Positions 38,717 through 53,244 of a stretch of DNA of 64,000 bases are shown one piece after another; position 1 is the first letter of the stretch; each line of letters starts with the position of its first letter. Source of the DNA: Mizuhopecten yessoensis (lineage: Eukaryota); the NCBI RefSeq assembly GCF_002113885.1, contig NW_018479994.1, forward strand, positions 124,001-188,000, given 5' to 3'. The position numbers were made by a program, and so were the translations under genes. Under the pieces are notes generated by a model. The model saw only the letters and a program-made list of their open reading frames with translations, searched no databases and was not told where the DNA came from.

Positions 38717-40544
38717 GTAAAGAAAGAAGAGAGAAATGAGAAAAGAAATAACTTTACCCCAAGTAATGAGAAAGTTGACTTAAGCTAACTTGTTCCTCGG
38801 CCTTCTGAAATTGTTTTTTAGGCAGCGTACATGTTGGATTATTGAATAAATGACAGTTTATGCTCATCTGAATATTTCGAATTCCAAATCAGGAATCAGA
38901 ATGTTTGAAATAACTTATGGAAGTCATACCTTTAGATGTATTCGGGTGACGACTTGTATTCTTATCTTACGTAATCAAAGTCTGATCGAATCGCGAGGGA
39001 AAGCCAACAAAAAGGGTAAAATAGAATCTGCGATACTGATGTTCGGCAAAAAGCTCACCCTAAAACACCTGTATGTTTTGTTCGGCGTTAAATGACCCAA
39101 CCTGCTGTCTACCTTTGATTGGTTACCTGTCTCGGATTTTTTTTTCATTGATTCATTTCTTACCTGTCTTGATGTTATCGATAGCAGGGCCAAACTTTTA
39201 TAAATATTTATTGGGAGGATATGCAAACACGTAGCTTTATTCAAATACATATTGTCCAATTCAAAATAATTCCAAAAAGAATCATAAAGAAAGACATAAA
39301 GTCGGTTTTTCGTTGCCTTTTAAATACTCAATTTGAAGTCAACATGTACCCTATGGTAAAAAGTAATTTAATTTGACCCTCTTGAAGACTTAAATCAATC
39401 AACACATTTTCGAAGAGATTTAAAATTAAACTTGATCACTTGATGTTAGCAATCGTCTTCTGAAGTTCCGTCAAAGGTCTTTTAACGAAAAAAAGGAAAT
39501 ACTTCGCAATAAATACGATAGGATCTTAAATTCAATAAGTTTGAAGTTTGTGCCGACCCCAGATAGGGACCTTACGGCAGGAATACAGGTATTCTATCAA
39601 ATATCGGCGGCCCTTTGATGTTTTTTACACACACGTACGGTTAACTCCGAAATACAGTGGAACCATTGTACGGAAGAAATACCATAGAAATACAAACGCT
39701 CATCCTTACAGTTGGTTTTACCCGTAAACAAAGCAATAAGGTGCACTGCCTGACCTACACACCGGTTTATTACTGTATCAAAACAAAAATTAACCTCATT
39801 AAGAAGGACACTATTTTATGTCGGCGTACTTATCTTCAAAGGAGGTAATGAGGCAGCTAATTCATACGCTTGTACTTTGCAGTACTGAAATCATTGACTC
39901 ACGATTTTGATGTAAATATTACCATTAGTGGTTTGTGGTCTTTTAACGAAACGAAACTTTAAAAATTAACTCCCATATTATGTTATTGTATAAAAATCAT
40001 TATCCATTACCGTCTCAATATCATTAATTCATCTCTCATTCAAAACGCATTCGAAAATCTTTCCATCATTTCCTCTAATATCGCTGTACCTGTGTTAAAA
40101 ATGATAACACATGCTAACAATCATGTTCCTTTTAATGAATAAATATAAAATGTTTCATTTTCAGCAAACATAAGGCAAGGACTAGTACAACGCATGACGT
40201 ATTTGCTCACTGAGTAAATAGGACACATATTCTTCGCAACATTAGTTTATAATTACGGACAAACTTATAACACATGGTTTTCAAGGACGCAGGTCGATGA
40301 AAGCTATTTACCAGTTTTATGGTCACCATCAGGATATCACAGAGAAATATGCTATTTCTTTGTGCGATATGAAAGTTTATGTTTTATTATTGTTATTATT
40401 ATACTTAATAGAGTGCCTTGTGGTTTTGTTGTCACTACCCAAGTTCTCGATGTGAGGACGTGACATTATGTCTTGGATTTGACTAAGATTTACATGGCGG
40501 GAGTTATCGGTGAACCCTTTCGGAACACCTTATCTTATTTTTCT

Positions 40545-40808
40545 TGTTTGATTTGTTTGTGTTTTACGTCCTATTAACAGCGACGGTCATTTAAGGACGT
40601 GCCAGGTTTTGGTGGTGGAGGAAAGCCGGAATTCCCGGACAAAAACCACCGACATACGGCCAATACCTGGTGACTGCCCAATCCAATCCAATGCAAGGTA
40701 GGACTCGAACCGGCGACCCAGTGGTAGAGGATCCAGACTAGTGGTGGAGGGCTAGTAGTACATGTAGTAGAATGTCAGACGACTTAACCACTTGGCTATC
40801 GCGGCCCC
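40545..40808 (-). mobile_element. Full-length tRNA-derived SINE with a V-domain-like core and stem-loop tail
   Basis: Minus strand: GGGGCCGCGATAGCCAAGTGGTTAAG (A-box), GGTTCGAGTCC (B-box), GTCGGTGGTTTTTGTCCGGGAATTCCGGCTTTCCTCCACC (core), ACGTCCTTAAATGACCGTCGCTGTTAATAGGACGT (tail), (CAAA)n; imperfect TSD ttattt(tt)cttgtt. Confidence 0.88.
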
Positions 40809-43800
40809 TTTATTTCTTGTTGTACTTTTTCAAGGGTATCCAAGTCCATATTTTGCCCTAGTTTTATCGAATTATTGTATTGTTGACACTTCCGTATTTC
40901 TCTTGTTTTTTGTTATTTTTATACATATGTGCATGAACTAACGTTAAAGCAAACAAAATGGAGATGAACAATTTACTTAAGCAAGTTATTTTGTAAGAAA
41001 GATTTGGTGTTTCAAACGAACACTTTTTAGTCTGACCTTTGCGAGTTAACGTGAATTAATTATGATGATTTTGACAGAACCCATGTGTGATGGTGATGTA
41101 TTTCCAACACCAAGTCAAATATGTACACACACCTCCTTCTAGTGGCTTAGCAAGCTCCTGAAGCACCGTGACCTTGTACATGACAAGCATGCTAACGACC
41201 CCGATTTCAATGCTCATTCTGATTAAGTATTCAAGAAAAAATCGATTGATCTCCCACATCGTAATAACTGTTTTATATGTATAAAGTCATACAAATCTAG
41301 CCAGATGTTTGAAAACTTCAAAACAGACATGAAAGGCAAAGATTCATTGATTGCCATACGTAATTTGCACCTAATAAATTCCATTGGTCGATTTTCCTGG
41401 ATTATACTTTTAAATGTATTGTAATACAAATTGTAACTGATATAATTCAATGTAATGATAAATAAGAAAAACATCTTTCAGAGGTATAAGTTGGAATAAG
41501 ATGTGGTTTTACAATTGATGTGAACTCTTGATCTATTCATAGATTTAAGATGAACAATCCGGAATTATTTAACCACCGGAGAAGATCCGGACCCGTATAG
41601 GCATGGATTAGTATGCCCTTTTCAGAACATGTGGGTGGGGTACTTGTATGTGTTCATTGCTACACACATAATGGATCGGCAAAACTACCACGTGAACCTA
41701 TTATCATAAACGTGGAATGTTAACTTTGAGTAATGTTCAGAATACAAAATTTAATCTAATAGAGTGAATTCAATAATGATATCTCACATAATCGGGAACC
41801 CTGCAGGTGGCAAACCTTAGCCGGATGTTACAGACGATGGTATCTAATATTTTGTTGCTATTTGAAAGAGAAAAAATATTAATATACTAAAGCATCAACA
41901 TGTAAGGAAAACACTGGAATACAAATCGATGCAAAATTTCAGGAACCAACAAGACACCGAAACAACAGGTAAAACAACAGGAACCCCATTAGCTTTGTAA
42001 AATTTATTTTAAAAATTCTAGCAAATAAATAGTGATTATCGTTTTACATTTCTTGATACAGTTTGTGAGCAATGGGTTATTTGTTTTACATTTCGTTATA
42101 AAGTTAACGAATTTTAGGTCACTGCTTGCAAAAAAATGGTGAATATTGTTTCATATGCCTTGATACAGTATATGGACATTGGGTTATCGTTTTTAAAAAA
42201 AATCTGTAAGTCAACAGAGAGCCCTGCGGTCATGATACTCTTTAGAAATACGCAATTAGGAAGAACATTGTTAATTGTTTGTTGCAGAAGTTCAAACAAA
42301 GCAAGCAATTTCCACATTATATAAAACATATTTTTTTTTAAACTCATATTTATCTTTTCTTTTCATATTTAGCCGGATATTGTAATCGTCACCATTCTGT
42401 TAGGTGCAGAGTTTAAATTTCGAAACCCATCGCATGAACTATGTTGTTTAAAAGTTAGCTTGGGCATATAACCTAAGTTGGAGGATGAGAACTGTTGTTA
42501 ATAGGGGTTTTGAGTAATTCAATCTGCATCAATTCACATGTGCAAGTTTAATTCATAGTTCAAATTCACCGCACCTGTATGGTAACAAATATAAGACAAT
42601 CATAATTATATTGGAAACCGTAACACTACGTAAATTACAACGTGCAAATTTCACAGGAAATTGATTTAAGTTGTATGATTTTAAAAATATTTTACATTTT
42701 TGCGTTTAATCAAGTTGTGATTCATTCTAAAAAGAAAGGTTGATTTTGGCAAAAGTTCCAGAACTCGGACCCGAACGTGTGTATCAATGTATCCTTGGTT
42801 GACTGCTCGAGGGAAACGTTGCTTACCATACTATACTGGAAATTGCCTTCAAAGAAATCAATACCCGAAACTAAATCGCAAACAGGTAGACGAATTACCG
42901 TCCTTACTGGAAATGATCCGCGGTTTTAGGCATGGCGTACTGTCTTTGATCTTTTGTGAACAAGTGCTCTGTGTTACAAGTCATATCACAGTAAATGAAT
43001 CACCGCCAACACTTCTTCTCGGGGACCTGAACTTGATATGCTAAACAGATGACGTGACAACCGACAAGCGTGCCTTAGACAAAGATCATTCAAGAAACTC
43101 AGTCAATTAAATAAAATCAGATAATACTCTCAACCCGTTTTCGTGGTAAATGAAAAGCGTGCCTAAGACAATGATCAAAATTGAAACAAGTGACAAGAAA
43201 TACTCTCAGATAACGTATTCAAGCAGTTTAGAGATCCTGACCTCGTACTTGACCCTATGTTTGGTTGAGTTACTCGTTAATGTCGAACGTCAACAGGTTA
43301 TTTACTTTTGTTAAATGGTGCAGAGCTAGATTTTATTTCGACACGTGGAATCTTGTCTTTCAGAAAGCACAAAGTTAACTGTTGCTATTTCTCTAACACT
43401 ACCAAAAAATAATAAAATAACAAAATAATTATGATGATAAAGATTAGACCTATTCGGGTAATCTTTGTCATTTAGGTCTTCAAACAAAGTAAAAAAATCA
43501 TAGAACCGTCAGCGCGCTCAGTGGACCTTTGAATGTATCCATTTAACTCCCTAAAATGATATTTGACTCTTGGGTTTGTAAAGAAATGTGGCTTGACTAT
43601 CCAGACAACAGGCACAATTTTTGACTTCTGAAGTTCCTAATGTCGAGAGTCAGCTGAAAGCTCTGAACCTATGTTGATGTTTCACCTATTCTTTCCGTGA
43701 TTTTCATAACTTTGACCAGACAAGGCAGCAATTCGTATGCAACCACGAGAAACCACGTCTTCTCCCATGATTCGTCATAGTCCTGTCGTTCATGCCAAAA

Positions 43801-45842
43801 ACGTGACCACAGCACTCTTGCTTATAACCGGAGTTACGCTTAACTTGGCAAATGTCTAAAATATATATAGAAGCATTTGACATTATTTTCCAACTCATTT
43901 TCAAATTTTTATGAATGATGCCGAAATCTATGCTAGAAAAAGAACAAACGGGACGAATTTACAAGTGTAGTTTCCTGGTCTATTTAGAATGTTATACATA
44001 TATTCGAATATCAATTTTCAGCCAGATTTTGTATGTTTAAATCAAGGTGTTTTCCTTGTCATCAGCTAAACATTATCCATCCTCTATGACTAGTTTAGTA
44101 GTTAAGGCGAAGAATGATTCTGTCACCAATGTCTTAATAGATAGTAGTATTTCATCTGCCTATGCGAAGACCTCGATATAAGACAATGTTCATGCACCGT
44201 CTTTCACCCCATAACACTAGAGACGAGACATCCGATAAGTATAGGTCTGGTTTCGAATCAATTGATGATTTTTATTATATAAAAAAACATTATGGAGATT
44301 TACTTTATCTATATAAGATCCCGAAACTGAACACTTGTCCTTCCGACCAACAGTTTAATCTTCCAATTGTTTAACTGACTTGGATCCCGTGATCATAAAT
44401 TCAAAATTTGTGACAAGCAAGTTATTCATTCCTTCCGTTTTTCTAGCAATTCTCGTAAATATAAGCACAACAAATGGTATGTTTATATTTTTTCCCTTTT
44501 CTCTCTCTCGTTAAAGTGACAAACAGAAACATCAATATATATAATTGGCAATAGAAATCAGATTATTTTATAGGGGTTCATCTATTTTTCTTTGTTTTTT
44601 GTTTCTGTTGTTGCATTTTTTAATCGACTAAAGAGTTCAGATATTGTCCTTACATCGTGACGTTTGGTTGTATTATTTCTTTCGTACTTTTTTATTTTCA
44701 TCCATATATGCGTCATCGTCTGTTGATACACTGTACAGCTTTCATAGAGTCAGAATATATCGTGTTATCAAGTTGCCTGCGTAAACCTTATCGAATAATT
44801 AAAAGCCCCCGATTTGAACCCAAGATTTCTCTTTGACATGGCATTGACGGAATATGCGCTTTTTGTTAAATCGGAATTTAAAAGTTAAGGTGATGTCACA
44901 ACCGAAGATTTGCGGCTCCAACTTATTGCAAAGTCCTTAACTAATTGTCTACACACTCGAAAAATGTTGAAATATTTGTCGTTTAAGGGATTCAATGTGA
45001 TAGAGTGGGGCCAACGGTTACTCCGTAGCTAGTAGATTTTCTTTATTTTGGAATTCCTGACACATTCTTAAACTCCTTATTTTTGCCTGTGTGTTGAATA
45101 ATATAATCACCAGGGCACCGATCTTAGATATCGGGCGCTATAATTGCAGCTAAGATATCGGTTAATTTTAAAGAGGCTTACCTTTTTCAGTACTTTCTTT
45201 TACAATTTTGCATACTCTAAATAGATGTTTTACCCGGTATTTTGCATTCATTCTCTGTATAACACCTTGATAAAATATGTTCACAACAATTTATACCCAA
45301 CAACATTCCTATCCAACATCCGTCATTATCATTCAGGTCATTCTTAGTTTGCTGTTTCTGTTGTCTGTCATCCACTTCGTGAATTTTATAAATGGTTCAT
45401 GTGGCCATTTGGTTTCGGTATTCTTGCCTCAAAGATATATTTGCATTGTTTTTGGTTTTAAACTGGCAAACAGGTAAACGATCTTGTATTACGATGTATG
45501 TGACACTTTTAGAGACTTTTAGAGACAATTGCATAACATCCTTATTATAACTAGATTTCATCAAAGTTAGGCCTTGATGTATGTAACAAATCTGACTTAT
45601 ACAGAGGAAGTTTGGATGTGGTAGAAGGTCGGTCCTACAACCTGTGACAAAAATAACTGGATTTATAGACAATAATTGTATCACGTTAACGGACATTTTG
45701 GTTTGCCTTGCATTACCTTTTTCCTTCGACATGTCAACTCCAAGTTAAGTTTTGTTTTGTGCTGTGAAGTAAGATCAGAAACAAATCTTAGATCGACATC
45801 TTAACGGTATGAGAGGTGAGCTGATCTATCAAAGTGAAGAAT

Positions 45843-45955
45843 GTCATCCTGTAACCTCTTACTGTTAAATTCTATTGGGAAAGGGCTGTATATAAGTTAG
45901 AAAACTTGTGCCCAATCCCAATGTATATTTTGATGCAAATAAAATATGTTTGTAA
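45843..45955 (+). mobile_element. 5'-truncated LINE 3' end with a 15-bp TSD
   Basis: Flanked by exact ATCAAAGTGAAGAAT (45828-45842 and 45956-45970); ends AAATAAAATATGTTTGTAA; homologous to 13716-13790 on the minus strand. Confidence 0.75.
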
Positions 45956-46548
45956 ATCAAAGTGAAGAATTCGGCAAGTTAGAAATAAGTAGGAAATTAT
46001 GTCTAGAGCGTTAACTCCGTTTGAACCCCGACGCCCCGTTCAACTCACAGCTTAAGGCGCAACTTTAAAGCAATATATATGAACATTGAGACAGACAGTC
46101 AGCCATAACCTTAGAGACATAAAGCTCTTTCCAAGTTTTCTATGGATTGCATTCGTTATACTTCGCCGTAGTTTAGCGAGTCAATCGACACGTAGGAAAT
46201 GCTGTTCCGATATTTCCTTTGCATGGCGACGATTATATATTTGTGTTACTAATTGATTGAGAATTTAAGATACCGAATTAATGTGAAAAAATACATAAAT
46301 ACATATAGAACCTACAATGAAAGTAATTAAACCTTTTGGAGAAGATACAACGATTATAGTAGATTTAATTATCGCATTGAAAAACGCTTATTGTAAATAG
46401 AGCACTGGGGTAATTAACGTTAAGTGGTGAAAAACGTTTAGAGTATATGTAATCATCACTTTAATACCTAACAATAATGTGTTCCCAGTAAACTTGGCAA
46501 TTGATTTATTATTTTACAGCACCTATCAGGATCCAGGTTATTACAGTA

Positions 46549-46689
46549 ACACGTCAGCAGCAACAACAGTGAAGCTAGACTGGCTACCAGCCCCTAAGTT
46601 TTTATATAGGATTTCCTGGCTGCATTTTACTACTAGCTTATATCCCTCTAGTCTAGAATCAGACATCTAAGTGATATCAATTATAACAG
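46549..46689 (+). repeat. 141-bp direct repeat, copy 1
   Basis: Identical to 48512-48652 except GCTAG versus GCAAG. Confidence 0.95.
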
Positions 46690-48511
46690 TTTTTTTACTT
46701 TTCTTTTCTAAATGATTCAGTATTCTAGAGACTGAAGCCAGTCTACAGCGAAGGGTCAATACCGTACATGCTAGTCTTTCCGGATGTTGACTTCTCTAGA
46801 TTGCGAATTCGCCAGGACGGACCTAAGAGATAGCCAATGATAAAACGTATCGGGACCTACAAAACACTACCGCAAGGTACGCTTAATGTGGAAATGTCAT
46901 ACTGTTGTAGTCGGCGTTAAAATTGATTAGTAACAAACACATATAGACTAGTTACAATGTTAATATCCCCTGATACATTGGTCACAGATTACCGACCTTG
47001 GGGGCAACTTTACTAAGCATTGTCAACTTCAACGCATTCAAACAGACAGGGAAATCTGACATAAACCTCACACAATATACAGAAAACAAATACTTTCTAT
47101 AGTTTTCACGTTTAAAAAAAACCCAAGTGAATACTGGTTTAATATTAAATATGTTCATTGAATTACATATTTAAGAAACAGCAACAACGATTCATTCAAA
47201 TTAAGATGGCTGAGTTTCATTCAGCATATCGTGTTGATTTCTGGGCCTTAAACTTCCGGAACAATTATTTCGCGATGATCATTTTGAGAATTAACTTTCA
47301 AGTTTGGTGACCAGTCTCTCAGTGATACGAAACAGTTTGCTAAATTGTTTATTAGGTTCAACATGTTAAAAAAATGTAATCTAAATTTCTGTTGAAAACT
47401 TGAGATGGTTGAAACCGATAGTACAACTTTCCATGTAAGCGTTATAGAATTTCCTGCGCGTTGATATACGCGAATGATTACAACTAAACAGCGCAATTTA
47501 ACGAAATATAATCCCTATATTTCAACGCATCGGTATACTACTCGGCGTAATTATAACCATTTTAGATATATCATTAGGGTTTAATCTCACGGAGTTATCT
47601 ACAAATGTTTATGACTTAAGCCATGATATATCCTCGTATATCTCATATTAAGATAGGGCCATTTTTGTCGTTAACACTTTGATAAATAAAATTGAATTGA
47701 GGCAATAGACTCAACTTACCTTTGATTTTTAAAATTTTAAAACCGATATATATTATATCTATGATATTAGGTCTGTATTTACCATTTTTGTAATCTGGAT
47801 AGGTCAAATGACAGGAACTAATATCATACGACTTTATGTCCGATTTAGGCGTTGCAAATAATTAATTAATGTAACGACGATATAAGAAATTTCAGCAAAA
47901 CGAAAGAAAAGGCAACATACATTTTTTATTAAAGACTTTTGTCTATCTTTCTGCTTATATTAAAGGTCTGATCAAATTGTCGAAATGTATTCCTGTGTTA
48001 TTAGTTGTGTATCATTTGCTTGCCACAAAAACAAAATCCGAAATTAGAATTAGACCAAAATCAAACAACGAGACCTGAAGGAAGCACAGAAAATGAAAGT
48101 CAACAACAGAAACTGAGGAAACACCAAAATATATAAAATGACATAATTTAACCAAACAATAATATTGAGACCGGAAACTATTTATTGCATTAAAGTTTAT
48201 TGATAAGAAAACAAGATAAGAAATAACTGTATTTAATTACATGCAATAACCACAAAACGCATGTTATCATGAATACTATGACTCAATGTAGGGGGGTTAT
48301 AGATGACAAGGAAATAACATCTATACTGATATGAAATATATATGAGTAGATGTTACCGGACATGGGCTTATTGGCGGATAAATACGTTAAAGAATTTCGT
48401 ATTTCGAATTTTAGTTGTTTTTCAATTGATACATAAATGAGTTGCCAAACATTCGAATCATAACCCGGATGATTATATGCGTATCCGAATGGAAATAACA
48501 CTCAATCTCCG

Positions 48512-48652
48512 ACACGTCAGCAGCAACAACAGTGAAGCAAGACTGGCTACCAGCCCCTAAGTTTTTATATAGGATTTCCTGGCTGCATTTTACTACTAGC
48601 TTATATCCCTCTAGTCTAGAATCAGACATCTAAGTGATATCAATTATAACAG
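48512..48652 (+). repeat. 141-bp direct repeat, copy 2
   Basis: Matches 46549-46689 with one mismatch. Confidence 0.95.
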
Positions 48653-51600
48653 GTTTTTTCTCTCTCAGAGAGAATAAAGACATTAACAAACGCAGGGACA
48701 TTTTTAACAAAGTAAAAGAACAAATATATAAAACCTGTCAATTTTGAAATTGACCGATGATGTTCATATCCGTACCACATCCTACAAGGCGATTTATAAT
48801 AAACCTCTAACCACTTGAGCCGCGACTGAATGGGCCGAAAACTGACGGATCACTGGTCGGCCGAAAATTAAAAATAACTATCTCACTAATTGTCTGACGA
48901 TTGAACTAACAGTAATTCGATCTATCTGTATGACAAGTAGAGTTTGACGCTAATCTATCACGCGCTAGTTACTAGGGTCAGAGGGAGGCGTTGGAAGGGG
49001 ACATCGACTACAATCATGCGCATTTTTTCACGGGCGTATGAGAGTGTGATTATGCAAAGGGTTAAAAGTGATTCAAAATGATGCTTATGTCAATGTTTTT
49101 GTTTGCTAGCGCATTTGGTATTGGGATTATTGTCGAGAATACACTGCACATAAAAGGAAAACACTGGTTAGTAGTCTTTGTGCTTTTCATATGAGTACAT
49201 TTACCACCAATTTAAAATTCCTTAATGCAATTTAGAATGTTACAAAAAATTACAAATATATAAAGGGTTTTGAGAGTCTTGCCTGATGAGTTTCGATAAA
49301 AAATTTTTTTATTTATGAGTCGGGATAAGTAAACGTTTCTAACAGCAAAACAATGTCCACCGTCTTTTCTTTCTCCTTTTTCATCCATAAAACTCCTCAA
49401 GCGCCTCGCCCCATGGTTGATTCTCTAAGAGACAAGCTGATCGTCAATCGCATCGTTCATGGGAGGATCTTTATAATGAATAACTTAATCACATGTTCTG
49501 CGTGAAGTTACTTGTTGTGAAATCATATAATACATTTATTACAAAAATTGATCACGATAGATCGGGAAACGACAAAATATCTATCATCTGTCACATGTTT
49601 AGAGCGTCCTCTTACCTCCAGGTGTTTGTCAAGGCAGATACCACCATGTGCTGGGTAAATAGGACACTTGTACTTACAGATTTAAAGTGTGTTTGAAAAA
49701 TGTCGGAATTCGTGTGAATCATGAAGTCATTATGTCAAAAAGGATGAGGTATGATGGTGAAGATGACAGAAAATGTATCTGATTCCATCTGACAATATCA
49801 TCTTTCTAATTCATTTCTGTTCGCACTTTCTCAAATTATATATTCAATGTTACTCATCCCTATTTTGTCGTGAAATGGATACGGGCTATTTATATATGTA
49901 AATGAGTCACCAAAAAATATATATCACGTAGTGCAATAAAACATATAGTTTGCCCTCTTAATGAATGCTAATTAACACAAATTCCAAAGTTTACAAAATA
50001 TACATGATAACGCAATAAAACGATTGCGCATTAAGTGCCAAATTGTTAATAACCTAAACACGAACAAATTTGCTAGTACCAATATATAGAAATCATCTGC
50101 ACTGTAAATTACTTATTTTGCAAATATTTCTTTTCGCGATTGTGTTTTTTCGCGAGAATTCTGGTTCACCAAATGGTACAACTACGCAAAATATCATCTC
50201 TGATGCAACGGAATGAAGGGTTAACTTGAATTTGATCTGAGACTAATCACCTTCGTTAAGTCGTACGGATTCAAAACGTGATACATTATAACTAAAAGTT
50301 CATACAAAAGTATTTAAACCTATTTCTAAAAACAATTATGTCGAGTTTCATAAGTCTTATGTGAACTGACTTTTTGAAACATTATATCATATTAGCTTTA
50401 TATGACGTCACACTACGTCATATGACACGAGTCAATTTGAAAATGACATGGTTGTGTTTTTGTATAATTAACTGGCCATCATCTAATAAACATGTCAGTC
50501 AAGAAATATTGGTCACCTTATATTATCCGTATTAGCAAAATAGCATGTTAGCAAACGACTTCCAAGTAATAATTAAAGTTGTATTTACGGATATTTAATA
50601 TATTTAGGTGCGTGCAGATAAGTCAAGGGTAGCTGCTTAATTTTAACTTAGTATCCGGAAAGAGAAATCTGGAATTTATTGCGGTTGTATACACGTCGCT
50701 GATTTGTCGGGACATTAAATACCCGCTCTCTAATCTAGAGGTAATTATTACGGCCGATTAGCTAGGACTCACCTTAACTCGCATCCCTCACTACCAAACA
50801 CAGGTGTTAACAGTCGGGGGCTAGCAAGGACGTGAGGCCCCTGAACGGTACCCGAGCTAAAGCAGCTTCAACGGGGGGAAAAAAGGGTATGAAACGCTGT
50901 TTCTGTGTTGTATGTTGACATTTGATGTTTCATCATATGTTTAACAGTATTATTTACAATTTTCTTACCTCCTACGATTTCGTCAGATACGACAATCACT
51001 CATAACAAAAAGAAATCCATTTTGCTCTGAGTCTTTAAGAACATGTAAAGTGATAATGATCTTTTTCATTTTGATTTGTGACAATAAGAATATGTTAAAT
51101 CATAATGTTATATATATTTTTTCATTTTGATTAATGATTGTGTATATTTATCGACTAATTTTGAAAACCAATTTAAACTTTATTAATGACAAACATTTCT
51201 GACATGACAGCTTTATATTGAACAGGTGTAGGACCATAACATGTTCGTGGCATTCATTTGTAAATGAATCGCAACAAAAACTATGATGGACACAGAACAG
51301 TTATTTATCCAGCGTTATGTTTGGATAACGTGTTGGCGTTCTCATTGCGTTCGGTTTGTTACGTCATATCATTGCTTTAAAATATCGTTATTGACGTCAT
51401 ACTGAAATATGATGTGTGTACTATAGTACACAATACTCATATCTTCAAGATATATTTCATACTTACATTTTACAGATAGAAGTACGCACAAATATATATC
51501 ATGTTTATATAAACAAGATTATAGCGTTCTCATTTAACAGATTATAATAATTATAACAAACAAGTTCACCTTTGTGCTCGTATCTCCTAAAATAACGAAA

Positions 51601-52942
51601 TAGCTTGTGCAGTAAAATGGTGACTTTGTTTGACTGTTTGCATCAACAAATGCCATTTTCACATATGTACTTCCTATCTCCGTATTGCTAGTGATTATTA
51701 CACATTGACTAACTTAATTGTTTACCTGTGGTCATACAGTCTCTAATTTTGTTTTAAAATGTTTTAGACCACATGACGACTTCCTCGTGTGGTGTCAAAA
51801 ACGGCTAGTATTCCTTAGCACATGATGTTTTCCTGTTGTTTTGATGTCTCCTCGTGCCAACTGTTTCGTATTCAAATTTCAATTCAATTCTTCTATGTTG
51901 ACGCTGTGGTACATGTTCCCTTTAAAACTCATAAATCGCCATCACGCTTGAGATGTTGCGTTGACACAAATAAATTCTGCAATCGTCATTTTTTTTTCTG
52001 TTCTGAAATAAACATATTAAAACGAAATAAAAAAATGATACCCTTATGCCAATATCTCCTTTAGACCCTTAATAGGGCACAAAGGGGATGCATGCTTACA
52101 CCACCCAAATCAACACGACAAGTAACTTCAAAGGATTCATGTCCACATATTTGGAATGTCTTTGATTTCCTTTCTACACACCATCACGTTAGCGGAAACG
52201 AGATATGACATGTTGTTTGGGAGTCAGTGAAGAAAAGTAAGAGGACGGAATAGACAGTTAAAGGCAGGTAACAACACTATAACAATGTAAGATTTCTTTG
52301 ACAGGTGGATTCAAATGAAACAATGCGTAATCATGAAAAGGTGCATTAAAGATGTGATAATTAATGGAATAACAATGGTTTATACCCGACAGCAGGTTTA
52401 AAACTAGTTTTTTCATAATAATAAATCAAAATTTATTGACAACATGTATAAATTCCCCTTCAGATTAAAGAATAAATTTATCCTCCAATACGTTTTTGCA
52501 GTACATGCCTATCATTCGTTCTAGAGTTACACAAGCATAGAGCATTTAGATCTACACTATACAGTTCACACATAACATATATATACATAGATGTTCTTCT
52601 CGACATAGGTTTCAGTACATAGTAGGTTTCCATCTTCTTGGCATCTTATGTATTTATACCATCAACCAAAATCAAACGTCTCCACCTTTAAAGTATGGTT
52701 TAAATAACATTTGACATGACACTGTAGGCTACGTCAATAGCATTCTCTAAAGCCAGTACAAAAACATCATTATCAAACTGTTGATAAGTCTTATTATTAA
52801 TAGATATAGTGGTTCTCAAAATCTAGGTGACCCCAATAAGGAAAACATCAGTCTTAGACTCATCTATCTGTGCCGTAGGTTTAATGACTGTTGTTGCAAT
52901 AATGAAAGCACAAATATCAATACAACAATCATAAAAACAGTA

Positions 52943-53244
52943 TACTGTATAGTTAATAATTTTTCGGGGTATAAAATTTCACTGAATTCGCAGTCACAAA
53001 AGATAGCGCGAAATTAAATACCCAGCAAATATTGATACCATGAATATACAAAGACACAGGAAATCACATTTTCTATTGTACTGCAAAACACTTGTAAAAT
53101 AAACACATCACCAAAATACAAAAGTACCCTCTCGAGCGTAATATTTTTACCTGACAATGTTACGGGAATTTAATACCCCCGAACTTGTTCTGATCGGTTC
53201 AACCGCGAAATATTAGTCCCGCGAAATTTAGCCACTATACAGTA
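52943..53244. mobile_element. MITE, TACTGTA...TACAGTA type
   Basis: Left TACTGTATAGTTAATAATTTTTCGGGG; right end reverse-complements to TACTGTATAGTGGCTAAATTTCGCGGG; internal CGCGAAA subrepeats. Confidence 0.8.

Noticed and set aside
41078-41424. Protein-like reading with stops (WLSKLLKHRDLVHDKH...CFICIKSYKSS)
   Set aside because: Two in-frame stops, no His ligands for a zinc finger, and no recognisable family.
44040-44066. CTGATGA...GAAA hammerhead-like core (minus strand); also CTGATGAG at about 49283
   Set aside because: Stems I and III and the NUH cleavage site cannot be formed.
46549-48652. Canonical LTR retrotransposon or TRIM
   Set aside because: No TG...CA ends, PBS, PPT or TSD seen; kept only as an unexplained direct repeat.
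53141-53162. Minus-strand 18/22 similarity to miR-8
   Set aside because: Two mismatches fall in the seed, there is no supporting hairpin, and it lies inside a MITE.
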